29,518 bases of DNA, from assembly GCA_964361805.1 (NCBI GenBank), contig CAYICF010000001.1, forward strand, positions 1 to 29,518, written 5' to 3'. Position 1 is the first letter of the stretch; each line of letters begins with the position of its first letter. Shown piece by piece: positions 7,812 to 17,816 of the stretch. The notes beneath the pieces are model-generated. The model did no database searches and was not told the DNA's origin. It saw only the letters and a program-made list of their open reading frames with translations. The position numbers and the translations under genes were made by a program. This stretch comes from an uncultured Candidatus Saccharibacteria bacterium. Its GTDB lineage: Bacteria; Patescibacteriota; Minisyncoccia; UBA6257; JAUSGH01.

Positions 7812-8606
7812 TTACCGGAAATCGGGAATGACAATGTTCTGCTCGCAGCCCGAGCCGCGAACGATTTGGGGATGGGAGTGCTTGCATGATCCCTGCGCGC
7901 CGTCGAACCACAAGCCAATCTCGGCGTTCGTGGACGCAAGCATGCGCGCATAAATCGCTGGCTCGAATTCTCCATACGAGCGCTCGTTCGCCTTACTGCT
8001 CGTCATAATGATCCAACGAGAGAGGCGCTCAGCGAACCGACCGCTGTAGCAGCCGCCAATAACAGCAACGCCAAAGCGAGGCTGGATGGCGGAGAGATAG
8101 TCGGTGAGTTCGTGGGGGGTGATGACCCCCTCTTCAATCACGGCGCCGGCAGCACCGCCAGATTGAAGCCGTGTCGCGGGAGTGAATTTGATAAGCCCGT
8201 GAATCCCAGGAGTGGGGATTTGCCAGCGCGGGAAAACGGACCACCTTCCATGACCGCTGAAATGCACCCAGACAACATCTTGCGCATTGACCATGCGAGC
8301 AAGATACGCGAACACAAAATCGATATTCGTCTTGCTCGCGCGCTCGACAACGCCAAGCTGGAAGATATATTGAAACCCCTTGCGTTGCAATGCGGCGACG
8401 GCTAACCGGGAGGAATAAATATGCCGAGTCTCATTGTCTCCGCAAATGACAACACCAAATCCGCGTGGCGCACGATCGTTTTGGGCGGCGAGCGAATCAA
8501 GATGAGCGACGAGTCTCGGCTCCGGCGGCGGCGCGATCGTGCAGCTTGTCGCTGTAAACATCGGGATAACCAACAAGAGGCATCTGATATATGCATGCAT
8601 CGTCAT
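7812..8606 (-). CDS. Putative lipoprotein with clan CD (caspase/C13-like) cysteine peptidase domain
   Basis: Signal ending TATS-C; His motif VWVHFSGHG and Cys motif VIGGCYSG; GGGAG RBS. Confidence 0.7.
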   Translation of the reverse strand: MTMHAYIRCLLLVIPMFTATSCTIAPPPEPRLVAHLDSLAAQNDRAPRGFGVVICGDNETRHIYSSRLAVAALQRKGFQYIFQLGVVERASKTNIDFVFAYLARMVNAQDVVWVHFSGHGRWSVFPRWQIPTPGIHGLIKFTPATRLQSGGAAGAVIEEGVITPHELTDYLSAIQPRFGVAVIGGCYSGRFAERLSRWIIMTSSKANERSYGEFEPAIYARMLASTNAEIGLWFDGAQGSCKHSHPQIVRGSGCEQNIVIPDFR

Positions 8607-8917
8607 TCTCCCAAAATTCGTTATCGATTATCAACGTGCGTCTATGATTAGTATACCGATTTTCCATTTGAAGTACACCACTCTGACGACGTGGTATGCT
8701 CATGGCATGAGTTCAAAAAAAATATACGCAGCACGACTTGATCCTGCAATTGCGGAATATGGTGAAGGGTTGGGGGCGATCATCGCAACGCACAAAGACG
8801 CAAGCGGGAAAGAGTTTGCGTCAAAAACAGCAATATTTAAAGTGAGTGCGCGAGTCGAGGGAGGGTTGGAGATGGATGGATGAGCGTGGAAAATAAAAAT
8901 CGCCGCAACCATATTGG

Positions 8918-9550
8918 TTAGCGGCGGCGAGGTTTGCGTGGGCGAGAGCGAGCAAAGGTTTGACGCTCGAGATTGCCCAGAAACACGAGAGCGTCGCGCC
9001 ACGACTGGTCGTCGCAACCGTGCTCGTCTGGGCGAGGCGTTTTAAGATAGCATCGAATATCGCTCGCGAGTGACGCGCGGTCATCGCTATGAAGGTGCGG
9101 CGCGATGTCGCGGATCCAGTCGCACGTCGCGCCAACGGCAATTGAGTGTCGCCCAAGCGCATATTGAACTGCGGCGGAGAGAAGCCCGACGAGATCATCT
9201 TCTTTGATTTTGGTTTGCTTGTCGTCCGGCGCTTGATGTTGGGCGCAGTGAACGTCGGGGGCTTCGACGAGAACACTAATGAGGCGAAGCCAGCAATCAT
9301 CGTAGCGAGAGGTTTGTGGTCCATAGAGCCACGCGTGACGCTGACGAAGACTTTCAACGATGGCGCCGCGCGCGTTCGCGGAAATATTGTCGGAGAGATA
9401 GCATTCCCGAAGGAGGCGACAGACAAACTCGATCAGGACTTGCTGGTCAGCTCGAATTGCGTAGCGAATCGCAGAGACAAACAGTCGGCCAAGCGTTTCA
9501 CAAGAGATAGGAACGAATTCGAATCGAGGCCGAAGTGGCTTGTGTGCCAT
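8918..9550 (-). CDS. Hypothetical protein with two tandem homologous helical domains
   Basis: GAGGTG RBS before ATG 9550; LFVSAIRYAI...DDCWLRLISVL and LLSAAVQYAL...DDQSWRDALVFL. Confidence 0.65.
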   Translation of the reverse strand: MAHKPLRPRFEFVPISCETLGRLFVSAIRYAIRADQQVLIEFVCRLLRECYLSDNISANARGAIVESLRQRHAWLYGPQTSRYDDCWLRLISVLVEAPDVHCAQHQAPDDKQTKIKEDDLVGLLSAAVQYALGRHSIAVGATCDWIRDIAPHLHSDDRASLASDIRCYLKTPRPDEHGCDDQSWRDALVFLGNLERQTFARSRPRKPRRR

Positions 9551-9585
9551 GATGCACCTCAAAAAACCCGAAGCCTGAAAAACAC

Positions 9586-10746
9586 CTACGCACTCACTCG
9601 TACAAATTTTCGTGGGCCAACCTGTACGAGTCGTTGGGAAGAAAGATCAATCACTGCATCAGAATCTGTTTGTTTGACGTCATCGATTTTTACTCCGCCT
9701 TGTTCAATCAAGCGTCGCGCTTCACTTTTACTCTTTGCAAATTTGATAGCGACGAGCAAGTCAACGACAGAAATACTTTTCACTTTTAACTTTTCACTTT
9801 TCACTTCCGTTGGCTTTTCTTTTCGCGAGAACACGCGTTCAAATTCCGCACGCGCTTTTGCGCCTTCCCCTGCTCCGTGATAGTCGTCAACGATCAATGA
9901 GCCGAGTACAAGTTTTGCAAGCCGAGGATCATGTTCGGTGCGCGGCGCATCAACGCACAAGGTATAATATTCATCGATAAGCGTATCGGGGATGGACATA
10001 ATTTTGCCAAACATCATATCGGGCATTTCAGTGATGCCGATATAATTATCAAGCGACTTCGACATTTTTTGAACACCATCAAGTCCGCGAAGTAGTGGCA
10101 ACGTGATAATATCTTGCTCCGGTAAACCCATGTGTCGTTGCAAGTCGCGTCCCGCAAGTAAATTAAATTTTTGATCTGTCCCGCCAATTTCAACGTCGGC
10201 ATTGATTTTGACAGAATCATAGGCTTGCATTGCAGGATACAACAACTCGAGCAAAGCAACTTCAGTGCCTGCGTGCATTCGTTTTGTAAAATCGTCGCGT
10301 TCAAGAATGCGTTGCGCAGAGAATTGACTGGTGACTGGGAGGATCCATGACCCATCACTAAACCATTCGCTGTTATGATGAATCTCGAGTTGAGAAACAT
10401 CAAAAATTTTGCCGACTTGTGCAAGATAAGTTGCTGCGCTTGCTTCGATCTTCGCCTCGGAAAGCATCGGCCGTGTTTTTGATTTGCCCGAAGGGTCACC
10501 AACGCGCGCAGTGTAGTCGCCGATGATAAGTACAATCTGGTGACCAAGCTGTTGGAACTGTCGAAGCTTTTGCAAAACGACAGTATGTCCAAGATGGAGA
10601 TCGGGAGAGGTTGGATCAACGCCAAACTTCACGCGAAGCTTTTTCCCACTCAAAAGCGAGGCGCGCAAATGGTCTTTGACGATCACCTCTTCGACTCCCC
10701 GCGTAAGGAGCGCGTCAATTTGCTGTTTGTCGGAGTCGATTTTCAT
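9586..10746 (-). CDS. tyrS: Tyrosine--tRNA ligase
   Basis: GVDPTSPDLHLGH (HIGH), LLYPAMQAYD, GGTDQKFN, KMSKS, C-terminal S4 domain; start ATG 10746. Confidence 0.98.
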   Translation of the reverse strand: MKIDSDKQQIDALLTRGVEEVIVKDHLRASLLSGKKLRVKFGVDPTSPDLHLGHTVVLQKLRQFQQLGHQIVLIIGDYTARVGDPSGKSKTRPMLSEAKIEASAATYLAQVGKIFDVSQLEIHHNSEWFSDGSWILPVTSQFSAQRILERDDFTKRMHAGTEVALLELLYPAMQAYDSVKINADVEIGGTDQKFNLLAGRDLQRHMGLPEQDIITLPLLRGLDGVQKMSKSLDNYIGITEMPDMMFGKIMSIPDTLIDEYYTLCVDAPRTEHDPRLAKLVLGSLIVDDYHGAGEGAKARAEFERVFSRKEKPTEVKSEKLKVKSISVVDLLVAIKFAKSKSEARRLIEQGGVKIDDVKQTDSDAVIDLSSQRLVQVGPRKFVRVSA

Positions 10747-10790
10747 ATTTTTAGTAGAGAAACAAACCGCATTCCTTCCCATTTTCCTTT

Positions 10791-11399
10791 CTACTTTCTA
10801 CTTTCTACTTTTGCTTTCAGTACCTCGTCAATCAAGCCATATTCTTTTGCTTCCGCGGCCGTCAAGTGATAGTCTCGGTCGGTGTCTTTTTCAATTTTTG
10901 CGAGCGGCTGACCGGTATGTTTTGCGATGAGCTGGTTAAGTTTGTCTTTTGTTTTCAAGATATGCTTTGCGGTAATTTCAATTTCAATTGCCTGGCCCTC
11001 CGCCCCACCCATCACCTGGTGCAGCATGATTTCAGCATTCGGAAGCGAAATGCGTTTGCCTTTCGCGCCAGCGCCCAGGAGTACTGCGCCCATGGATGCC
11101 GCCATGCCAACACAAATCGTTGAAACGTCGGGCTTCACGTACTGCATGGTGTCGTAAATCGCAAGTCCTGCAGATACCGAACCGCCAGGGCTATTAATAT
11201 AGAGCTGAATGTCCTTTTTCGAGTCTTCGTGCTCCAAAAAAAGTAGTTGCGCAATAATAGTATTCGCGAGCCCATCGTTCACTAGTCCGCCCAAGAAAAT
11301 AATGCGTTCTTTTAAAAGGCGCGAATAAATATCATACGCGCGTTCGCCGTGCATTGATTTTTCAATCACCGTAGGGATTAAATAGTCGTTGTATTCCAT
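10791..11399 (-). CDS. clpP: ATP-dependent Clp protease proteolytic subunit
   Basis: [30 protein letters not shown] (Ser), MLHQ (His), DRD; start [11 protein letters not shown]. Confidence 0.98.
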   Translation of the reverse strand: MEYNDYLIPTVIEKSMHGERAYDIYSRLLKERIIFLGGLVNDGLANTIIAQLLFLEHEDSKKDIQLYINSPGGSVSAGLAIYDTMQYVKPDVSTICVGMAASMGAVLLGAGAKGKRISLPNAEIMLHQVMGGAEGQAIEIEITAKHILKTKDKLNQLIAKHTGQPLAKIEKDTDRDYHLTAAEAKEYGLIDEVLKAKVESRK

Positions 11400-11473
11400 G
11401 TCGTGTATAAAGTTAAAAGTTAAATGTGAAAATGATCTTCTCTGCCATTCTACGTTGCACATTCTACTTGCTA

Positions 11474-12721
11474 CTATTTCGATTGTTGTTCCAGAAAGGC
11501 AAATATCTTCTTATTGAGGAGCACACCATAAATATAATCATAGAACTGACTTGCATCAAGGCCGCGGGTTTCAGATTGATGATGTTTGGATTCCGCTTCA
11601 ACTTCTTCTTTGGTGGGCTCGAGTTCCTCAAGCTTCGCCATTTCGGCGATAACAAGATGCGCCAACACGCGTTTTGTGGCCGCGGGGCGTAAATTTTGCC
11701 GAGCTTTCTCTGGGGCGACGCCAGAACCTTGGATAGTCGCTTTAAATTCTTCCATCATTTGGTCGAGCGTTCGCTCGATGAGCGTCTCGGGAACGTCAAT
11801 CGTTGCTCCGTTCGCAATTTCAGTGATCATGGCAACGCGTTTGCGTTCGGTTTCTTTAGATTGTTTTTCTGCCATGAGCCCTTCGCGGATATTTTTTTGC
11901 ACATCAGCAAGCGTCTTAAATGTTTGCCCAAGCGACGTGGCAAACGCGTCGTCAGCGGGCGAAAGTTGCAGCTCGAAAACATTTTTGATGCGCACGCGAA
12001 ATTCGAGCGTCTTGTTGCGCAAATCAGCCTGCCAGTAGTCTGCGGGCGCTACAAGCGAAAATGAGACTTCGTCTCCTGCTTTGTGTCCCTCGAGGTTTTT
12101 TTCGAACCCAGGGACGAAACGGCCAGCGCCAAATTCAAAGCGATCTTCGGGAATATCGCCGCCCGACAACGACCTTCCGTCGGTCGATGTACGAATTGCG
12201 ACCTCAACAAGATCGCCGGCAGCGACGGGACGCGTGACGGCAATTTGTGGCGCGCGCGATTTGCGGAGCCACAAGAGTGATTGCTCGATGTCAACATCGG
12301 AAACGGACAATTCGCGTTGTTCGGCAAGAATTTTCTTCGCAATCTTTTTATAATCCGGAAGTTTGATTTCCGGGAACAACGAGAGCATCGCGACGTACGT
12401 AAGTCCCGCATCGAGCGCAGGTTTGTCCGTAGAAGTAATTTCGATCGTGGGGCGATCAAGCGCCACCCAGTTTCGTTCTTCTATAATAGAGGCGAGTGTT
12501 ACGCGGATCGATTCTTCGACGGCGCCCTCGATAATTTTCCTTTGATCAAGCGCTGCTTCGGCGAGATGCGCAGGTGCGGTACCTGGTCGGAAGCCCTTGA
12601 GGTCGACCGAGGCAATTGCACGAGCGCGGACGCGATCGAAATGTGGCTTGATATCTGCAGGGTCAAGCGTGACCGTAAGCGCGGCGCGCGATCCTTTTTG
12701 AAGCACGAATGAGGATTTCAT
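11474..12721 (-). CDS. tig: Trigger factor
   Basis: GFRPGTAP ribosome-binding motif, FKBP-like middle domain (GDLVEV...[11 protein letters not shown]), upstream of clpP. Confidence 0.93.
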   Translation of the reverse strand: MKSSFVLQKGSRAALTVTLDPADIKPHFDRVRARAIASVDLKGFRPGTAPAHLAEAALDQRKIIEGAVEESIRVTLASIIEERNWVALDRPTIEITSTDKPALDAGLTYVAMLSLFPEIKLPDYKKIAKKILAEQRELSVSDVDIEQSLLWLRKSRAPQIAVTRPVAAGDLVEVAIRTSTDGRSLSGGDIPEDRFEFGAGRFVPGFEKNLEGHKAGDEVSFSLVAPADYWQADLRNKTLEFRVRIKNVFELQLSPADDAFATSLGQTFKTLADVQKNIREGLMAEKQSKETERKRVAMITEIANGATIDVPETLIERTLDQMMEEFKATIQGSGVAPEKARQNLRPAATKRVLAHLVIAEMAKLEELEPTKEEVEAESKHHQSETRGLDASQFYDYIYGVLLNKKIFAFLEQQSK

Positions 12722-12769
12722 AATGAATCACAGCATAACACAAAGAAGAAAAAAATACACCTCAAAAAT

Positions 12770-13600
12770 TTATTGAGGCGTAAGACGGTGGAGGGTACCA
12801 CGGTGTTCGTCCTCGGTGATCGCGCGGAAGTCGCGAAGGAGATTGAGCTTAGCGCACCAGCGCGGATCACGGAGATCGGCGTCCAAATAGGGGTCGGTGC
12901 CGCTCAGCGCGTCACGATAGAAATAGACGTAGCATGCTTCGACAAACTCCGCCATGTCTTCGTTGTAGTGCTTTGTTGCGTAAGACGTTACAAATCCATC
13001 TCTGGGGAAAACGGAGCGATATCCAAGCGACGACCACGCGCGTCCAACGTAGAGCTTCTCGAGCCAGAGCAGTCGCCACAGCCTATTTTCTTCTATGTCC
13101 TTAGAAAACGAAAGCGCGTGGAGCGCCTCATGACGCATAACGCCATCATAGTACTTCGGCGTAATGATGCAGATAATGCGATCGCTATGGCAATGTGCAA
13201 CGGCGCCGGCACCAGGGAAGCATTGAGTAACCGACGCAACGCCCCAATGACGCGAAGGGGCACCACCGCACTCATCAGCCATTGCCTTGCCAAAGAGCGC
13301 CTCAATGCGTAGGGTTGTGGTGCGATCGAGAGCATCTTCGGTTGATGCGTAGCAGATAATGCCGCGCAAGGCATGTTGGGTTGTGATTGGCGCGGTCAGG
13401 AACTCCTTGCGATAGCGGAAGAACTCGCTTTCAGTTGCGTGGAGCACCGGGACAGCATGTTCGCCGCACGTAATCGTTTGTTCAAAGAGGCGAGGGCGCG
13501 ACTCTGGAAGCGACAGCGGAGCAGGAGGATCAAGGACCGGCGTCCATGAGGAGGTACACCCACAAACAAGAAAAAGTAGGATGGCAAAAACGTGGCGCAT
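12770..13600 (-). CDS. Putative lipoprotein zinc metallopeptidase (HEXXH)
   Basis: MRHVFAILLFLVCG-C lipobox-like signal; RHEALH; FVTSYATKHYNEDMAE third-ligand motif. Confidence 0.75.
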   Translation of the reverse strand: MRHVFAILLFLVCGCTSSWTPVLDPPAPLSLPESRPRLFEQTITCGEHAVPVLHATESEFFRYRKEFLTAPITTQHALRGIICYASTEDALDRTTTLRIEALFGKAMADECGGAPSRHWGVASVTQCFPGAGAVAHCHSDRIICIITPKYYDGVMRHEALHALSFSKDIEENRLWRLLWLEKLYVGRAWSSLGYRSVFPRDGFVTSYATKHYNEDMAEFVEACYVYFYRDALSGTDPYLDADLRDPRWCAKLNLLRDFRAITEDEHRGTLHRLTPQ

Positions 13601-13680
13601 CGGTGTATCCTCGAGTGATTGTCAAAGAAAAACGCCTACACATAGAGCATACTCCAATGCGCTAAACAAAAAAACGTGCT

Positions 13681-14382
13681 TCAAGGTTTGAAGCACGGCT
13701 GAAACTCAAGCGTCACGTAGTCTTCCCAGGTGATCACGCCGTAGGCAAGGAACCAGTGGAGACGATGCAGGTATTCTTTGATGCCAGCGCGATCGAGGCG
13801 CTCGATAGGATTTTGGACATCTTCTTTGTGGCCGGATTTCGCACGATGAATTTTCCAGAGCAACAGATAGACATATCGCCGCCACTCGGCGCGATCTTCA
13901 CCGTCATCTCGCGTGCCATGACGAGACAAAAACCGAAGATGAGGGAAGGCTTGTGTCTCGGGATAATGTTCGATTCCATATTCTCCGCCAGCAGAAGCCT
14001 TCCAATGTTCAACGAGCACTCGTTCGTCCGCAGCAAGGAGGAACAGGGTGTGGCCGTGGTCGATTTCGTGCCAAATAAGCCCGCGGTCGATTTTTCCTCG
14101 CCAAAGACAGATGGTGCGTTCGGCATACGGACCATCCGTGCAAGCGTGGTAGTGGCCGGCAATATCAGGAACAGCATCGATGTTAAAATGGAGGCATCCA
14201 TTCGCGTCTCGAAAGTTATCGCTTTGAACAACGATGCGACGCACATAACGCCAAATGAGGTCTCTGTCTCGTGCTGCAGCAAACGCAAGCGCGTCGCGGA
14301 TAAGCGCAGCTTCTTCCTGATTTGCGCCATCGATTGTTCCCGGCCAGTCATCGATTGAGGCCGGCGGCGTTGGATACAACAC
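13681..14382 (-). CDS. Zinc metallopeptidase-like paralog of the adjacent gene, no signal peptide
   Basis: WHEIDH; FLSRHGTRDDGEDRAE aligns with FVTSYATKHYNEDMAE; GAAGGAGG RBS before GTG 14382/TTG 14379 (track start 14418). Confidence 0.65.
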   Translation of the reverse strand: MLYPTPPASIDDWPGTIDGANQEEAALIRDALAFAAARDRDLIWRYVRRIVVQSDNFRDANGCLHFNIDAVPDIAGHYHACTDGPYAERTICLWRGKIDRGLIWHEIDHGHTLFLLAADERVLVEHWKASAGGEYGIEHYPETQAFPHLRFLSRHGTRDDGEDRAEWRRYVYLLLWKIHRAKSGHKEDVQNPIERLDRAGIKEYLHRLHWFLAYGVITWEDYVTLEFQPCFKP

Positions 14383-14445
14383 GACAGCCTCCTTCGGAAT
14401 AGGGGAACAAGCATGCACAGGCCGCAGATGACGTCCTTTCTATTA

Positions 14446-16476
14446 TTAGAGGAACAATGGCGCGAGCACAAGCGTGAGGGTCGCAAGTAGTTTGATGAGC
14501 ACGTGGAGCGACGGACCAGCGGTGTCTTTGAACGGATCTCCGACCGTATCCCCTGTCACCGCGGCTTTGTGCGCATCAGAGCCTTTGCCGCCATAGTTCC
14601 CTTCTTCAATCCATTTTTTTGCATTGTCCCATGCGCCGCCAGCATTGTTGAAAAGCGTTGCAAGCAAAATTCCGGTAATCGTGCCGACCATAAGGAATCC
14701 GGCCATTGCTTCGGCGCGGAATAAAAGACCAACAACAACCGGAAAGATGACCGCCAATAGTCCGGGAAGAATCATTTCTTTCAAGGCGCCGCGCGTTGTG
14801 ATATCGATCGCGGTCGAGTAATCGGGTTTCTCGGTCCCCTGCATGATGCCAGGATGTTCACGGAACTGGCGACGCACTTCGTTCACGATATAGTACGCAG
14901 CATTACCGACCGCGCGAATGGAAAGAGCTGAAAAAAGAAACACGAGCATCGCGCCAAGCATGGCGCCAATAAACACTTCAATTTTCGCAAGGTCGACGGA
15001 AACAAGTTTGACCTCGGTAAGGTATGCAGAAAACAAAAGAAACGCGGCGAGCGCGGCCGAGCCGATCGCGTATCCCTTCGTCAAAGCTTTCGTTGTGTTT
15101 CCTGCGGTATCAAGCTTGTCCATCACCTTACGAAATTCGCCCGATTCCCCCGCAAGTTGAACGATGCCCGCGCCGTTGTCGGTGATTGGCCCAAAAGTAT
15201 CCATGGCGAGAATATATGCAGCAGTTGCAAGCATGCCCATGGTCGCCGCAGCAGTTCCGAAAAGCCCGCCATCAGGAATTCCTGAGTTGCTTCCGAACCA
15301 ATACGAAGAAAACAGCGCGCCAGAGATAGTAAGAATGGTGAGTCCGGTGGATTCGAGGCCAACAGAGAACCCCATAATAATATTCGTACCATGTCCGGTG
15401 CGCGACGCTGAGGTAATCGAAGAAACAGGGCGGAAACGCGACTCGGTGTAGTACTGGGTGATATACACGAACGCAAGACTCGTCAAAATGCCCACAAGGC
15501 CCGCGCCAAAGAACCACATATTACCGAGCATATATTTCGTCGTGAAATAAAATGCGATAGTTGCGAGCACGAGAGTGACATAGTAGCCACGATTGAGGGC
15601 CGCCATTGGGCTTTCGTCTTCTTTTGCGCGCACCGCGAACACGCCAACAATGGTGGCAAGTAATCCAAGCGCACGAAGCACGAGCGGGAACAAAATTCCT
15701 GAAACGCCAAAATAGGGGAAAAGCGCCGCTCCTAAAATCATTGCGCCGATATTTTCCGCGGCAGTTGATTCAAACAAGTCTGCGCCGCGACCCGCACAGT
15801 CGCCAACGTTGTCACCAACCAAGTCCGCAATCACGGCGGGGTTGCGAGGATCGTCTTCGGGGATGCCAGCTTCTACCTTGCCGACAAGATCGGCGCCGAC
15901 GTCGGCCGCTTTGGTGTAGATGCCGCCGCCGAGCTGTGCAAAAAGAGCGACAAGCGACGCGCCAAATCCGTAGCCGACAAGCAAGATAGGAATCGCCACC
16001 GCGTCATAGCCGAGATATTGATACAAAAGATATAAACCAGAAATACCGAGTAGAGAGAGTGCGACAACGATGAGTCCAGTGATTGCTCCACCACGGAGCG
16101 CGACTTGCAGTGCGGCATTAAAGCCTTGTTTGGAAGCAGCCGCAGAACGAAGGTTGGCTATTGTGGACATCGCCATGCCAACAACTCCGGCAACCGCCGA
16201 CGAAAACGCCCCCAAAAGAAATGCGAGACTTGTTTGCCAACCGAGCGTTGTTTTGTCGAGTGCGGCGTAAACAACAAAGAGTAATATTGCAAGCACGACA
16301 GCAATAATGGCAATCGTCTTGTATTGGCGACTCACGAACGCATTTGCGCCTTCTTTAATAGCGGCAGCAATGCGTTGCATATCCGGCGTGCCAGTCCCCT
16401 GCGCGCTCATCCAGCGCATGAGGAAAGCGACGACAACGAGCGAAACAAGAGAAATAATAACAGGAACGTAAATCAT
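14446..16476 (-). CDS. hppA: Membrane-bound proton-translocating pyrophosphatase, K+-independent type
   Basis: GGGIYTKAADVGADLVGKVE, DNVGD, GNTTKA (Lys at the K+-independence position), GDTVGDPFKDTAGP; many TM helices. Confidence 0.96.
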   Translation of the reverse strand: MIYVPVIISLVSLVVVAFLMRWMSAQGTGTPDMQRIAAAIKEGANAFVSRQYKTIAIIAVVLAILLFVVYAALDKTTLGWQTSLAFLLGAFSSAVAGVVGMAMSTIANLRSAAASKQGFNAALQVALRGGAITGLIVVALSLLGISGLYLLYQYLGYDAVAIPILLVGYGFGASLVALFAQLGGGIYTKAADVGADLVGKVEAGIPEDDPRNPAVIADLVGDNVGDCAGRGADLFESTAAENIGAMILGAALFPYFGVSGILFPLVLRALGLLATIVGVFAVRAKEDESPMAALNRGYYVTLVLATIAFYFTTKYMLGNMWFFGAGLVGILTSLAFVYITQYYTESRFRPVSSITSASRTGHGTNIIMGFSVGLESTGLTILTISGALFSSYWFGSNSGIPDGGLFGTAAATMGMLATAAYILAMDTFGPITDNGAGIVQLAGESGEFRKVMDKLDTAGNTTKALTKGYAIGSAALAAFLLFSAYLTEVKLVSVDLAKIEVFIGAMLGAMLVFLFSALSIRAVGNAAYYIVNEVRRQFREHPGIMQGTEKPDYSTAIDITTRGALKEMILPGLLAVIFPVVVGLLFRAEAMAGFLMVGTITGILLATLFNNAGGAWDNAKKWIEEGNYGGKGSDAHKAAVTGDTVGDPFKDTAGPSLHVLIKLLATLTLVLAPLFL

Positions 16477-16512
16477 AATGACATATTTATTTTTTTAATA
16501 TTTTGCTTTTTG

Positions 16513-17742
16513 TTAGTCGACCAACTTTTTTTCATCATCGTCAGCGGCGCGCTCTCCAGAGACTCCCTCGGCGGTGCCTCCTTGCTGCGTCTCGTCGGGG
16601 CGCGATTGTGAACGCACATCAATTTTCCAACCAGTGAGCTTTGCTGCAAGTCGGACGTTCTGGCCGCCTTTGCCGATTGCAAGACTGAGCTGCGCGTCAG
16701 GAACGTACACCCGCGCTTCATTCCGAGGCAAGAGCTCAACTCCAGTTGCTTTCGCGGGCGACAATGCATTTGCAAGAAATTGTGCCGTATCTTCGGTCCA
16801 TTCAATGATGTCAATTTTTTCTTGCCCAAGCTCATTCGAAAGCGCCATCACACGCGTGCCGCGTTGGCCAACACACGAACCAACCGGATCAATGCCTGCA
16901 GCAACAGCGGCAACAGCGATTTTGGTGCGACTGCCAGGTTCACGGGCAATGCCTTTAATAACGACACTGCCGTCCGCAACTTCAGGAACTTCAATCGCAA
17001 ATAACTTTTCAATAAATTTTGGATGCGCGCGAGAGAGTATGATGCCTGGCGTGCGTGCGTCGTCTTGCACCGCAAGAATATAAAAACGCAATCGTTCGCC
17101 GACGCGATAGTGCTCGGAAGGAATCGCTTCGTTGTAAAAAAGAATGCCAACCGCACGACCCAAATCAATATATACATTCCCCCGCTCCATGCGTTGCACA
17201 ACGCCACTCGTGACTTCTCCTTCGCGATGTTGAAATTCAGCAAGAATCGATTCGCGTTCTGCTTCACGCAGTCGCTGCAAAATAACTTGTTTTGCGGTTT
17301 GCGCGGCAATACGTCCAAAATCTTCGCGGCTCTCAAGCGGGAACAACAGCTCCTCGCCAAGTTGCGCGTCGGATTTTATTGCGCGAGCTTCTTCTATTAA
17401 TATATGGCGGTCGGCATTATACCGAGGAAGTTTTTCCGGGTCGGCAGACTCGCCCGCCGTAGCTTTAGCGAAGGAGGGTTTGTTTTGAGTGGCATCCAAC
17501 ACTTCTTCCTCTTTTGTCGTGTCCACAGTTGTTTCGTCCGCAACCATTTTCACTTGCCAAAATTTCAACTCGCCCGTTTTTGTGTTGAGCTTCGCTTTCA
17601 CAATCTCGCCACGCTTCTCATATTCTTTTTTATACGCAGCAGCGATTGATGACTCAATCGCGTCAAACACTTTTGCCGGATCAATACCCTTTTCTTCCGC
17701 AACCTGTTGCACTGCACGAGTTAAGTTTTTTAAGTCCATCAT
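16513..17742 (-). CDS. nusA: Transcription termination/antitermination factor NusA
   Basis: FGRIAAQTAKQVILQRLREAERE, S1 domain, KH motifs AREPGSRTKIAV and AIGKGGQNVRLAAKLTGWKIDV. Confidence 0.98.
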   Translation of the reverse strand: MMDLKNLTRAVQQVAEEKGIDPAKVFDAIESSIAAAYKKEYEKRGEIVKAKLNTKTGELKFWQVKMVADETTVDTTKEEEVLDATQNKPSFAKATAGESADPEKLPRYNADRHILIEEARAIKSDAQLGEELLFPLESREDFGRIAAQTAKQVILQRLREAERESILAEFQHREGEVTSGVVQRMERGNVYIDLGRAVGILFYNEAIPSEHYRVGERLRFYILAVQDDARTPGIILSRAHPKFIEKLFAIEVPEVADGSVVIKGIAREPGSRTKIAVAAVAAGIDPVGSCVGQRGTRVMALSNELGQEKIDIIEWTEDTAQFLANALSPAKATGVELLPRNEARVYVPDAQLSLAIGKGGQNVRLAAKLTGWKIDVRSQSRPDETQQGGTAEGVSGERAADDDEKKLVD

Positions 17743-17816
17743 ATTTTTTTAAAAAAGTTGGTCGCCTTTCGAAAGCGACCATCGTGCAAGTAGGATACCA
17801 ACGCAAGGCATAAAAG

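Noticed and set aside
8707-8883. Possible 58-aa ORF MSSKKIYAARL... with TGGTATGCT extended -10 upstream
   Set aside because: No RBS, motif or homology evidence; could be real but cannot be supported
10791-12721. tig-clpP without adjacent clpX
   Set aside because: clpX or another unfoldase may lie elsewhere; absence from a 29-kb window is uninformative
9146-17360. Long antisense/overlapping ORFs in the track (e.g. 9146-9880, 13734-14486, 13756-14358, 16574-17083)
   Set aside because: Shadow frames of well-supported genes in GC-rich coding DNA; no motifs or RBS support
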